Positions 24,271 through 32,558 of a stretch of 32,558 nt of DNA are shown here, one piece after another (the stretch's first letter is position 1; each line of letters opens with the position of its first letter). This DNA is from Spirochaetota bacterium. Its GTDB lineage: Bacteria > Spirochaetota > UBA4802 > JAFGJZ01. A program made the translations under genes and the position numbers. Under the pieces are notes generated by a model. The model was given only the letters and a program-made list of their open reading frames with translations. It was not told the origin of the DNA and ran no database searches. Where the stretch lies: contig JAEWVL010000133.1 in the NCBI GenBank assembly GCA_023396665.1, forward strand, positions 1 to 32,558, in the 5' to 3' direction.

Positions 24271-24996
24271 ATGGTGTACGTTATGGAAAATTACATTAAA
24301 GACAATTACGATCGTATCTGTGAACTGGCTGCGAAGGCGGCAGAGGGTTGCGGGCGCAGTGCCGCTGAAATCAGCGTGCTTGCCGTGTCGAAAACCTTTC
24401 CCCCCGAAGCCGTTCAGCTGGCGATTGACGGCGGGCTGCGCCTTTTCGGCGAAAACCGCGTTCAGGAGGCGCAGCGTAAAATTCCCCTGCTGCGCGGTGA
24501 TTTTGAATTTCATCTGATCGGTCATCTGCAGTCGAACAAGGCCAAAGCCGCCGTTTCGCTCTTCGCGCTGATCCATTCGATTGATTCGCTTTCAATACTT
24601 GAAGCGGTGAACAGGGAAGCTGCTAAAATCGGCAAAGTTCAGAAGATACTCGTGCAGGTGAACACTTCGGGCGAAGTCTCGAAGAGCGGTTGTACTCCCG
24701 ATGAGGCTCCGGCTGTCTGCGAAGCTGCGCTCTCCTGTGCGAATGTAGATTTGCAGGGACTCATGACGATAGGTCCGCTGACCGACGATGTGCCTGCGAT
24801 TCAGCATTCATTTTCACTGCTGGCGCAGCTCGCCGGCTCGATCAGAAAACAGCTCGCAATGCCGCTTCCCCTTCTGTCGATGGGGATGTCGGGTGACTTT
24901 CCCCTGGCGATAGAGCGGGGGGCAACAATGATTCGTGTCGGTTCGGCCATTTTCGGTAAACGCGATTATGCCATAGCGCCGGCCGCAGAAGAATAA
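24271..24996 (+). CDS. yggS: YggS-family pyridoxal-phosphate homeostasis protein
   Basis: 241-aa ORF; the start could instead be the ATG at 24283. Contains LAVSKTFP, FGENRVQEA..K, FHLIGHLQSNKAK, LSMGMSGDF..AIE.GATMIRVGSAIFG. Confidence 0.85.
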   Translation: MVYVMENYIKDNYDRICELAAKAAEGCGRSAAEISVLAVSKTFPPEAVQLAIDGGLRLFGENRVQEAQRKIPLLRGDFEFHLIGHLQSNKAKAAVSLFALIHSIDSLSILEAVNREAAKIGKVQKILVQVNTSGEVSKSGCTPDEAPAVCEAALSCANVDLQGLMTIGPLTDDVPAIQHSFSLLAQLAGSIRKQLAMPLPLLSMGMSGDFPLAIERGATMIRVGSAIFGKRDYAIAPAAEE

Positions 24997-25017
24997 ACCA
25001 CGCCAAGGATTGCAAGC

Positions 25018-25788
25018 ATGAAAACAATTGGATTTATCGGAATGGGAAATATGGGTGCCGCACTCGCCAAGGCTTTCAGCGGCCTCTCAGATGTGACACT
25101 CACCGGATTTGATACCGATACGAAAAAACTTTCCGCGTCGCCGGTAAAGGTCTGCGCTTCGGTGGACGAATGTGTCAAAGGGGCGGATGTGATCATAGTG
25201 GCGCTGAAGCCGAATGTCGTGACAGCTGTGCTCGAAAAAATTCAGACGGGGGGAAAGCTTGTCATTTCGATTGCCGCGGGAGTAACGATAGAAAAGATGA
25301 AAAATTCCGCCGCACCCGGAACACGCATCGTGCGTGTCATGCCGAACACTCCGGCCTTAGTGAACGAGTCGATGTGTGTGCTGTGCCCTGACGCAAGCTG
25401 TACCGACGATGACATCTCGCTGACGCACAGACTCTTTCAGACGGCCGGCCTTACTCTGCAGCTGCCCGAAACCCAGATCAATGCGGTGACGGCCCTCTCG
25501 GGCAGCGGTCCCGCCTACGTTTTTACCTTCATACAGGCTCTGGCCGATGCAGGGGTAATGCTCGGCCTATCAAGACAGGATGCCCTTTTGCTTGCCGCAC
25601 AGACCGTGAAGGGTTCAGCCGCATTGGTTCTTTCGGGATACGCCGAACCGATAGCGCTTCGAAACATGGTCTGCTCGCCCGGCGGTACGACGATCGATGC
25701 GGTGCACAGCCTTGAGCGGGCGGGTTTTTCGGGAACGCTAATGGATGCGGTGAAGGCTGCGTATGACAAGGCGGGAAAACTCGGATAG
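25018..25788 (+). CDS. proC: pyrroline-5-carboxylate reductase
   Basis: 256-aa ORF. Rossmann motif IGFIGMGNMGAALAK, then VRVMPNTPALV, ALSGSGPAYVF, and CSPGGTTI.A...LE..GF. Confidence 0.9.
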   Translation: MKTIGFIGMGNMGAALAKAFSGLSDVTLTGFDTDTKKLSASPVKVCASVDECVKGADVIIVALKPNVVTAVLEKIQTGGKLVISIAAGVTIEKMKNSAAPGTRIVRVMPNTPALVNESMCVLCPDASCTDDDISLTHRLFQTAGLTLQLPETQINAVTALSGSGPAYVFTFIQALADAGVMLGLSRQDALLLAAQTVKGSAALVLSGYAEPIALRNMVCSPGGTTIDAVHSLERAGFSGTLMDAVKAAYDKAGKLG

Positions 25789-25824
25789 GGACTGCTCTGA
25801 TTACAGTATCTGCGTGAGTTTTCG

Positions 25825-25846
25825 AGCCGCGCTTTTCAGCGCGGCT
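25825..25846 (+). terminator. intrinsic terminator-like hairpin after proC
   Basis: AGCCGCGC (25825..25832), loop TTTTCA, GCGCGGCT (25839..25846), followed by ATTTT. Its right arm overlaps the stop codon of the convergent miaB gene. Confidence 0.5.
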
Positions 25847-27167
25847 ATTTTGCGGGATCCGGCAGTACCCGTCCTCTGAGTGTCGCGCCGGTGAGACTTT
25901 CGATTTTTACGCTGACAGGCACGCCGATGAGCGATTCGGGGGCTTCGATTATGACCTGATGGTTGAGCATAGATCGACCGATCAGTTCGCTTTCGTTTTT
26001 TTTGCTGCGTGTTTCGGGGATTAGCTCCGTTTCCGTGCCGATCTGCGCTTCAAGCTTTCTGACGGTTATCGTGCGTTGCAGGCTGATCAGTTCGGCAAGG
26101 CGCTCCTTCTTTATCTTCGTTTCGATCTGCTCCGGCATGTCGGCTCCCGGTGTACCGCTTCGGGGTGAATAGGCGTACATATAGGCCTCGTCGTATCCGA
26201 TCGTCTCGACCGCCCTCAGTGTTGTTTTGTAATCCTCATCGCTCTCGCCGGGAAAACCTACAATCAGATCGGTCGAAATCGAGTGTCTGCCGACAGTGTC
26301 GAGCATTTCCACGATGTGCATGTAGTGTGCGAGCGTGTATTGACGGTTCATCCCTTCGAGTATTCTGTCAGAGGCGCTTTGCAGCGGCAGGTGCACCGAT
26401 TTGGCGATCGAATCGTGATCCCTGATGACACGTATCAGATCGTCCGAAAAATCTTTCGGATGCGAGGTAAGAAAGCCGATTTTTCTGAAGCCCTTAATCT
26501 GCGCACATTTCTCAAGAAGTGTGCAGAAGGGAATATCCCCGGTGTCCTGACCGTACTGGTTTACGTTCTGTCCGAGCAGCATTATTTCGCGTACCCCTTT
26601 GTCGGCGATTCGGCGCAGGTACTCGAGTATCGTGTCAGAGGGAAAGGAATGCAGCACCCCGCGAACATAGGGGACGATGCAGTAGGTGCAGAAATTTTCG
26701 CAGCCGTGAGTGATGGTGATCCACTGCTGCCAGGGCTTGTCGCTGTCGATGAGCGGCAGTGAGGGGTGTATGCGTTCCTGGAAATCGTCGCGCTGCTGCG
26801 AAAGAAAAAGCTTTTGCTTTTTACTCAGATAGTTCTCGATGATCTCGACGATATTGGGCGACTCGTAGGGGCCTATAGCGATGTGTGCGAGCTTTCTTTC
26901 GACGAGTTCTTTGCCCCGGAACTGTGCGACACAGCCGGCGCAGATGACAAGCTGACGGCGCCGCTTCGCGTAGGACATCGCCTCGGTGATGCGGGCGACA
27001 GCCCGGCGTTCGGCGTTGTTGCGCACGGCGCAGGTGTTGAATATGATGACCTCGGCGAATTCTTCGCTAGTGCCGCGGTATCCCGCCTCTTCGAGTTTTG
27101 CCTGAATAAGCGCCGAGTCGCTCTTGTTCATCTGACAGCCGAAAGTTTCAATGAAAAAAGTCTTCAT
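25845..27167 (-). CDS. miaB: tRNA methylthiotransferase (MiaB-type radical SAM, UPF0004 + radical SAM + TRAM)
   Basis: 440-aa ORF. N-terminal TFGCQMNKSDS, radical-SAM cluster motif GCENFCTYCIVPYVRG, and a C-terminal TRAM-like region. I cannot distinguish MiaB from RimO or MtaB by eye; the N-terminal motif and the length favour MiaB. Confidence 0.75.
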   Translation of the reverse strand: MKTFFIETFGCQMNKSDSALIQAKLEEAGYRGTSEEFAEVIIFNTCAVRNNAERRAVARITEAMSYAKRRRQLVICAGCVAQFRGKELVERKLAHIAIGPYESPNIVEIIENYLSKKQKLFLSQQRDDFQERIHPSLPLIDSDKPWQQWITITHGCENFCTYCIVPYVRGVLHSFPSDTILEYLRRIADKGVREIMLLGQNVNQYGQDTGDIPFCTLLEKCAQIKGFRKIGFLTSHPKDFSDDLIRVIRDHDSIAKSVHLPLQSASDRILEGMNRQYTLAHYMHIVEMLDTVGRHSISTDLIVGFPGESDEDYKTTLRAVETIGYDEAYMYAYSPRSGTPGADMPEQIETKIKKERLAELISLQRTITVRKLEAQIGTETELIPETRSKKNESELIGRSMLNHQVIIEAPESLIGVPVSVKIESLTGATLRGRVLPDPAK

Positions 27168-28471
27168 TCTCGCCCGCTGTCGATGCCGGTCTTTGTGAAT
27201 ATGTAATCGATGTTTTCGAAATACCTGTTCAGGTCGAAGATTTCATCTATCTGTTTTTGAGTAAGCAAATTGGAAATATCTTTGTCCATCGATACGAGAT
27301 CTTTGAGCGTTCCTTCCCGCTGCCATGCGCGCATTGAGTTTGACTGAACTTTTTTATAGGCCTCTTCGCGGGAGAGCCCCTTGTCGATAAGAGCAAGAAG
27401 CAGGGACTGTGAAAAGAACAGTCCGCCGGTCTTGTTGATGTTGTCGAGCATCGCGTCCTCGTAGACGTGCAGGCTTCCGATCACGAAAGTGAGTTTGTCG
27501 AGTATGTAATCAAGCGCGATGCTCGAGTCTGGCAGAATGATGCGTTCGGCCGATGAGTGCGAAATGTCGCGTTCGTGCCAGAGCGTGACATTGTCGAGCG
27601 CGGCCTGCAGGTTCGACTTGATGACACGCGCGATGCCCGAAACGCGCTCGCAGAGAATGGGATTGCGTTTGTGCGGCATCGCCGATGAGCCCTTTTGTCC
27701 CTTCTGAAAGGGCTCTTCGGCCTCGCGAACCTCGGTGCGCTGCAGATGGCGTATTTCGGTCGCCAGCTTGTCGCAGCTCGCCGCGCAGATAGCGAGCGCG
27801 GCCATGAATTCGGCGTGACGGTCGCGCTGCACCACCTGGGTCGATATCGGATCAGGTGTCAGATTGAGTTTTTTACAGACCATCTCCTCGACGCGCGGCG
27901 ACATCTGGCTGAAGGTGCCCACCGCGCCCGAGAGCTTGCCGAACGAGACGTTCTCGATCGCCCGTTCCATTCTGGCCCGGTTTCGTCTGAATTCTGCCCA
28001 GTACAGCAGCATCTTCGTGCCGAAGGTGGTCGGCTCGGCGTGTACGCCGTGCGAGCGGCCCATACAGGGGGTATATTTGTACTGCTTCGCCTTTTCGGCA
28101 AGTTTATCGATGAGGGCGTCTATATCTTTGAGCAGAATGTTACCCGCATCGCGCATCTGCATGCAAAGCGCCGTATCGCCGATATCGCTTGAGGTCATGC
28201 CGTAGTGGATATGACGCGAGGGCTCGCCGACCTTTTCCGCGACACTGGTAAGAAAGGCGATTACATCGTGGTGTGTCTCTGCCTCGATCTCGTTGATTCG
28301 CGCAACGTCGAAAGCCGCTTTTTCCCTGATGACGGCGAGCTCCGCATCGGGAACGATGCCGAGCTCGTTATGGGCCTCGCAGGCCGCTATCTCAATTTCC
28401 AGCCAGAGCCGGTATTTATGTTCGAGTTCCCAAATGTCGCGTATTTCCTTTCGCGAGTAGCGCTCTATCAT
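27164..28471 (-). CDS. purB: adenylosuccinate lyase
   Basis: 435-aa ORF. Contains MIERYSRKEI..IW....K...WLEIE, HYGMTSSD, the signature loop GSSAMPHKRNP, and a C-terminal ADSL_C-like end. The stop overlaps the miaB start by 4 nt. Confidence 0.9.
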   Translation of the reverse strand: MIERYSRKEIRDIWELEHKYRLWLEIEIAACEAHNELGIVPDAELAVIREKAAFDVARINEIEAETHHDVIAFLTSVAEKVGEPSRHIHYGMTSSDIGDTALCMQMRDAGNILLKDIDALIDKLAEKAKQYKYTPCMGRSHGVHAEPTTFGTKMLLYWAEFRRNRARMERAIENVSFGKLSGAVGTFSQMSPRVEEMVCKKLNLTPDPISTQVVQRDRHAEFMAALAICAASCDKLATEIRHLQRTEVREAEEPFQKGQKGSSAMPHKRNPILCERVSGIARVIKSNLQAALDNVTLWHERDISHSSAERIILPDSSIALDYILDKLTFVIGSLHVYEDAMLDNINKTGGLFFSQSLLLALIDKGLSREEAYKKVQSNSMRAWQREGTLKDLVSMDKDISNLLTQKQIDEIFDLNRYFENIDYIFTKTGIDSGRE

Positions 28472-28779
28472 GGCGGCCTCTCCAGTGCTGTGTTTTTTTC
28501 CATGCTCTGATATGGCTGTCTGTGAACAAGTCTTTTTTTGTCGACTATCCGGGGCTGTTCGGGCTTTTTTTTATAGTGCATCTAAAGGCCCGGGCAATTT
28601 TTCTCAGCGGTTTTACGACAGCGATAAAATCCTTTACAGGGTGATCATTGCGGCAGATGAGTACTCCCGTGACTAAACGCTTGTCCTTCGTGTGTTTTTT
28701 GTGACACGAAGCACTTGCCGCTTGTACCGGCGCAACTGGGTGCCGGCCGGGTTTCAGGTGCAAGGCGAGAGGGGGGGAT

Positions 28780-29514
28780 ATGCGCTACAACTATCTTTTC
28801 GGGCCGCTGCACTCACGCCGTCTGGGCTTGTCATTGGGCATTAATCTTTTTACTGAGAAGACCTGCTCTCTGAACTGTGTCTACTGCGAGTGCGGTCCAA
28901 GCGCGACAACGACAGTCGAACGTCGTGAGTATGTGCCGACTGCCGATGTGCTTGCCGAAATCGATCACTTCTTCGCTTCAAATGAAACACACCCCGATTC
29001 GCTGACCTTTTCCGGGCTGGGAGAGCCGACTCTTCACAGCGGCATCGGCGGGATAATCACTCATGTCAAAAACCGTTACCCTTCGCAGCGGGTGACTCTT
29101 TTGACAAATGCGACGCTGTTCTACGATCCCGCTGTGCGCCAAGAGGTTCTGGGTTGTGACATGATCGTTCCTTCGGTTGACGCGCTGTCACCTGCCGTGT
29201 TCGCGAAAATGTACGGCAAGCCCCATCCTTCGCTCGATCCCGAATGTTTCAAACGGGGGCTTCTGGCGCTTAAACAAGAGTACCGGGGAGAACTGGTTGT
29301 CGAGCTTTTTGTTATCGGCGGCTTAAATGACACTGAAAGCGAGCTTACGCTGCTGCGTGATTTTTTCCGTCAGCTTGCTCCGGATCTGATACAGCTAAAC
29401 ACCCTCGACAGACCCGCCGCTTACGACTGGGTAAGGGAGGCGGGTGATGATGCGCTGCTCTATGTCAAATCGTTTCTGGCTGAGTTCAAAGTGCAGGTGG
29501 TTCGCGAACTCTAA
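28780..29514 (+). CDS. radical SAM protein of unknown specificity
   Basis: 244-aa ORF with a GAGGGGGGG Shine-Dalgarno. GPLHSRRLGLSLGINLF..KTCSLNCVYCECG contains the CxxxCxxC motif, and FSGLGEPTL is a SAM-binding GGE-like motif. Confidence 0.75.
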   Translation: MRYNYLFGPLHSRRLGLSLGINLFTEKTCSLNCVYCECGPSATTTVERREYVPTADVLAEIDHFFASNETHPDSLTFSGLGEPTLHSGIGGIITHVKNRYPSQRVTLLTNATLFYDPAVRQEVLGCDMIVPSVDALSPAVFAKMYGKPHPSLDPECFKRGLLALKQEYRGELVVELFVIGGLNDTESELTLLRDFFRQLAPDLIQLNTLDRPAAYDWVREAGDDALLYVKSFLAEFKVQVVREL

Positions 29515-29686
29515 TTATTGTACTGCACTGCAGTGTATCCCCCCGTATTCGTGCGTGGCTTATTGTGCCTTTGCCCCGCCCGCATTACATGAGCCGGCTA
29601 TTCGAAAAGGCTGCCGAAACTCAAAAGAAATCTTGACACCGAAGGGCTCTCGATTACCCTCTCATCAACGTAAAAGGAGCATCATC

Positions 29687-30814
29687 GTGGCCCGAGAAAT
29701 AGCAGAAATACGCAGGGAGATTGAACAGATTCGCACACGGCTTGCCGATCTGTACCGTTCGGTAAATATCGGAGCTGAAAAGACACGTCTGGCCGATCTT
29801 GAACAGCAGACCTACGCCGATAACTTCTGGGGTGACCAGGAAAACAGCATGAAGGTCAATCAGGAGATCAGCCGTTTGCGAAAGAAACTGGAACCCTGGA
29901 ACTCTCTGGAACGTGAAATCGACGATGCGATGACCCTTCTCGAAATAGCGCAGGAAGAAGGTGACAGTTCGGTTCTCGCTGAAATCGAAGAGCAAATCGG
30001 ATCGTTTGCGAAGCGTTTCGACGATCTTGAAAATATTGAACTTCTGTCCGGTACTGACGATCTGCTGAACGCCTATCTCACCGTACATGCCGGCGCAGGC
30101 GGTACAGAATCACAGGACTGGGCGAGTATGTTGCTGCGCATGTACATGCGCTGGGCAGAGAAGCAGGGCTACTCCTGTGATCTTTTCGATTACAGTGCGG
30201 GTGAAGAGGCCGGCGTCAAACAGGCGACGATTCTCGTGAAGGGCGATTATGCTTACGGCTTTCTCAAGGGCGAGATGGGTGTTCACCGGCTGGTGCGCAT
30301 ATCCCCCTTCGATGCGAACAAACGCCGACATACATCCTTTGCCTCCGTCGAGGTGAATCCGGAAATTGACGATACGATCAACGTCGAGATCAACGAATCC
30401 GATTTGAAGATCGATACCTACCGTTCATCGGGAGCGGGCGGGCAGCATGTCAATACGACCGACTCTGCCGTTCGAATAACGCATATACCGACCAATACGA
30501 TAGTGGCATGTCAGAACGAGCGATCGCAGCACAAGAACAAGGCCTCGGCTATGAAAATGCTTATGTCCAAACTTTATGAATTGCAGAAGCGCGAACTCGC
30601 CGACAGAATCGATGAGAAAAACGGCGAAAAGAAGGATATCGCCTGGGGAAGCCAGATTCGTTCATATGTCTTTCAGCCCTATACCATGGTAAAGGATCAC
30701 CGCACGGGTGAAGAGACGGGCAGTGTCGAGTATGTGCTCGACGGTGACATCAGTCCCTTTATCTACGCCTGGCTGAAATCCAATACGGCAAAAAAAGGCG
30801 CTGGTGATGAGTGA
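29687..30814 (+). CDS. prfB: peptide chain release factor 2, encoded in a single frame (no programmed +1 frameshift)
   Basis: GTG start at 29687 with AAGGAG 7 nt upstream gives 375 aa. SPF tripeptide at RISPFD, GGQ motif at SSGAGGQHVNTTDSAVRITHIPT. The N-terminal helix region (IRTRLADLYRSVNIGAEKTRLADLEQQ) is in the same frame as the body. The track ORF's upstream 81 codons overlap the radical-SAM gene and are taken as non-coding. Confidence 0.9.
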   Translation: MAREIAEIRREIEQIRTRLADLYRSVNIGAEKTRLADLEQQTYADNFWGDQENSMKVNQEISRLRKKLEPWNSLEREIDDAMTLLEIAQEEGDSSVLAEIEEQIGSFAKRFDDLENIELLSGTDDLLNAYLTVHAGAGGTESQDWASMLLRMYMRWAEKQGYSCDLFDYSAGEEAGVKQATILVKGDYAYGFLKGEMGVHRLVRISPFDANKRRHTSFASVEVNPEIDDTINVEINESDLKIDTYRSSGAGGQHVNTTDSAVRITHIPTNTIVACQNERSQHKNKASAMKMLMSKLYELQKRELADRIDEKNGEKKDIAWGSQIRSYVFQPYTMVKDHRTGEETGSVEYVLDGDISPFIYAWLKSNTAKKGAGDE

Positions 30815-31628
30815 AGGGGGGAAAAAGGAAGCTCTTTCCTTTGATACATCCTCATGGGTTTTTGATACCGATAAGGCGGATACCCGTTTTCTCGGTCTGC
30901 ACACGCTCGATGACATCAAGTTTCTGATCGTCAAGTCGGGTCTTGACGGACATCTCCGGAAAAAGGGTCTGCATCCCTATGATGTGAGGATCGGTGTGGA
31001 CGATGAAGGTTTGTGGCTGCTTTTGATAACGATGCCCGGAGAGGAAGGGCTGCCGCTGGTAGACTTCAGGGTATCGCGAGTTCGAAAGTGCGGTATTTTT
31101 TCAAATACGCCCTTCGATTTCCTGAAGATCGAGTGGCTCTCGACCTACGATCCCACCATGACCGGTTTCAGCCTTAATCGCCCCCGTCTGCCCGGACAAA
31201 AGGTGCCGGGACTGGGCTGCCTTCGCCATCTGCTGCGGATGATGCATTATTCTTCGCAAACCCTGCGCATGGACGGATTTCTCGATATTCCCGAGCATCT
31301 GCATCTGGCGATAATGTACGCGAAGAGTTTTTGTTTTCTTGATCCCGAATTTGAAAAAACCATTCGTACACTGCTCTCCGATTTGAAACGGGAGACACTC
31401 TTTCGGATATCGTGGGCATCTATCGCCGGCGCGATATATGACCGATCAAGCGGACAGCCCTGGATCTATACGCCTTCGGAACAGGCTTTCGCGATCAGTA
31501 AAAATCTGAAAACCTATTTTGCCTCGAAGATGTACACCGCGAAGATGAAATCTCTGCACGTCTCTTCCTATTACATTAACGAAGATGTCTACAACATGAA
31601 GCTGGCTTCCGTGATGAGTGAGGGCTGA
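30804..31628 (+). CDS. hypothetical protein, probably translationally coupled to prfB
   Basis: 274-aa ORF whose start overlaps the prfB stop by 11 nt. Coding-like composition and no recognisable motif. It contains RPRLPGQKVPGLGCLRHLL and several His/Cys residues. Confidence 0.55.
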   Translation: MMSEGGKKEALSFDTSSWVFDTDKADTRFLGLHTLDDIKFLIVKSGLDGHLRKKGLHPYDVRIGVDDEGLWLLLITMPGEEGLPLVDFRVSRVRKCGIFSNTPFDFLKIEWLSTYDPTMTGFSLNRPRLPGQKVPGLGCLRHLLRMMHYSSQTLRMDGFLDIPEHLHLAIMYAKSFCFLDPEFEKTIRTLLSDLKRETLFRISWASIAGAIYDRSSGQPWIYTPSEQAFAISKNLKTYFASKMYTAKMKSLHVSSYYINEDVYNMKLASVMSEG

Positions 31629-31658
31629 TAGCGGAGAGAGGGATTGCTGTGTGCGGCC

Positions 31659-32120
31659 TTATTCGAAGTTCCCTTTTGTCATTTCCTTTACCTTTCGGAT
31701 TTCTGAAAGCGAATCGATTTGTGCCTGTGTTTCGGCGGCGCTTTTTTCCATTGTTCGGCAGAGTTCATCGTAGTGATGGCAGGCCTTTGTCTTCAGCGCT
31801 TCAATCTCCCGCTCATATTCGCTGACTTTTTCGTATTCGCCGCTTTTGACCGAAGCGAAGTGTCTGCTGAAATCGGTTTCGCCGATACCGCAGAGTACAC
31901 ATATGGTTCTCTTGTTTTCCGCTATCGGCTGACTGAGCGCCCCTATCTCTTCGATCAGGTGGGCGTTCTGTTTCAGCAGCACCGATATCTCACCCTCGAT
32001 CCCGTGATCGCTCGAAAAACGCATGCGCGCACTGTGCTCAAGAATAGTCCGAAAAAGTTCGAGCTTTTTCAACAGAAGGGTGTTTAACGATGTAAACAGT
32101 TGCTGCAGATCAACCCTCAA
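31659..32120 (-). CDS. hypothetical all-helical protein downstream of fliS; possible FliT/FlgN-like export chaperone (speculative)
   Basis: The track ORF 31659..32192 overlaps fliS by 83 nt. The most conservative start is TTG at 32120 (AAAGGG 11 nt upstream, 11-nt overlap with fliS). The sequence is rich in Leu/Glu/Lys heptad-like stretches. Its position after fliS mirrors the fliS-fliT arrangement in other bacteria. Confidence 0.4.
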   Translation of the reverse strand: MRVDLQQLFTSLNTLLLKKLELFRTILEHSARMRFSSDHGIEGEISVLLKQNAHLIEEIGALSQPIAENKRTICVLCGIGETDFSRHFASVKSGEYEKVSEYEREIEALKTKACHHYDELCRTMEKSAAETQAQIDSLSEIRKVKEMTKGNFE

Positions 32121-32535
32121 CGGTAAAATTACCCTTTGCGCTCGCATACGAGCTGTTTTCCGAGTCGCTGGCGGCGATCTGCTCCCAGGCATCGCAGAGC
32201 TGTGTAAGAAGAACGATCACTTCGTCAAGAATGGCGGCGTCTTTTTTCATGTTTGCTTCGAGCAGTCTTTTCTTGAAGTATACGTATAATGAGAGAAGGT
32301 TTTTTGCTATATCACCGCCCTGATCCATGTTCAGCGAGGTCATCAGTTCAGAGATTATGTCCTGTGCTTTCTGTATGTTCGTGTTGACAATCTCGTATTT
32401 TTTCGGGGTCATGTTCTCTTGCGCGATTTTAAGAAACTTGATCGCTCCCTCATACAGCATTACGATTAGCCGGCCCTGTGTGGCGGTGCTGATCTGTGTC
32501 TGCTTGTACTGGTTATACGGATTTGATAGAGCCAT
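32110..32535 (-). CDS. fliS: flagellar export chaperone FliS
   Basis: 141-aa ORF with a GGAGGA Shine-Dalgarno. NPYNQYKQTQISTATQGRLIVMLYEGAIKFLKIA is the conserved FliS N-terminal signature, and the size is typical of the four-helix-bundle protein. Confidence 0.85.
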   Translation of the reverse strand: MALSNPYNQYKQTQISTATQGRLIVMLYEGAIKFLKIAQENMTPKKYEIVNTNIQKAQDIISELMTSLNMDQGGDIAKNLLSLYVYFKKRLLEANMKKDAAILDEVIVLLTQLCDAWEQIAASDSENSSYASAKGNFTVEG

Positions 32536-32558
32536 TATTCCTCCGGGCGGTAACAGGT

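Noticed and set aside
28472-28779. Purine or ZTP riboswitch in the 308-bp purB / radical-SAM divergent region; hairpin CTTCGTGT-N10-ACACGAAG at 28686..28711
   Set aside because: I found no match to the purine-riboswitch three-way-junction core or to the ZTP pseudoknot consensus on either strand. The small hairpin alone is not diagnostic.
29444-29686. Upstream 81 codons of the prfB track ORF, and a search for the classical CUU UGA C frameshift site
   Set aside because: The extension overlaps the radical-SAM gene and then non-coding DNA, and would give an RF2 that is too long. No frameshift cassette is present, and the GTG at 29687 with AAGGAG gives a normal 375-aa RF2.
1-32558. Scan for CRISPR arrays, tRNA/rRNA genes, transposases, integrases, toxin-antitoxin pairs or known defence-system genes
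   Set aside because: I found no regularly spaced direct repeats, no tRNA-like T-arm or acceptor signatures, and no ORFs with recombinase, RT, nuclease-helicase or similar motifs. The only repeat families are the TetR-type palindromes, the EBP dyads and the cysK-metY inverted repeat reported above.

Overview
This is a 32.6-kb chromosomal segment of roughly 50% GC. I saw no rRNA, tRNA, CRISPR array, transposase or integrase. The host looks like an anaerobic, flagellated bacterium. The surface-lipoprotein architecture (Listeria-Bacteroides repeat + Big_2 + FGE-sulfatase) and the gene content would fit a Treponema or spirochaete-like organism, but that is only a guess. Left to right, the window holds: a truncated lipoprotein gene; a 600-bp AT-rich gap; a metallophosphoesterase plus a small beta-barrel OMP; an 826-aa multidomain surface lipoprotein; a membrane-anchored AraC regulator; and a C_GCAxxG_C_C redox protein. 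Next is a six-gene minus-strand operon with three NifX/NifB-like Nitro_FeMo-Co proteins, one DUF5320 Gly/Arg/Phe-rich protein and two MinD-like ATPases with inserted 2x[4Fe-4S] motifs. It is preceded by a PAS/sigma-54 enhancer-binding protein, a near-consensus -24/-12 promoter and a tandem dyad upstream site. This resembles the ORP ('orange protein' complex) loci of Desulfovibrio, whose biochemical role is unresolved, and it is the most interesting system here. After it comes a TetR-linked accessory glycan locus (secreted protein, rhamnosidase-like six-hairpin hydrolase, MipA, GH30) marked by four copies of a 22-bp palindrome. Then comes a sulfur-assimilation block: cysK, O-acetylhomoserine sulfhydrylase, a Cys-containing Rrf2 regulator and a SulP-STAS-EIIA fusion transporter. 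It has a ~125-bp inverted repeat in the divergent promoter region and an apparent aminotransferase gene remnant at its edge. The right end is housekeeping: yggS, proC, miaB, purB, a radical-SAM gene, prfB (no frameshift), a hypothetical gene coupled to prfB, and fliS with a downstream helical protein. All calls rest on reading the translations and the DNA by eye; no database searches were run.
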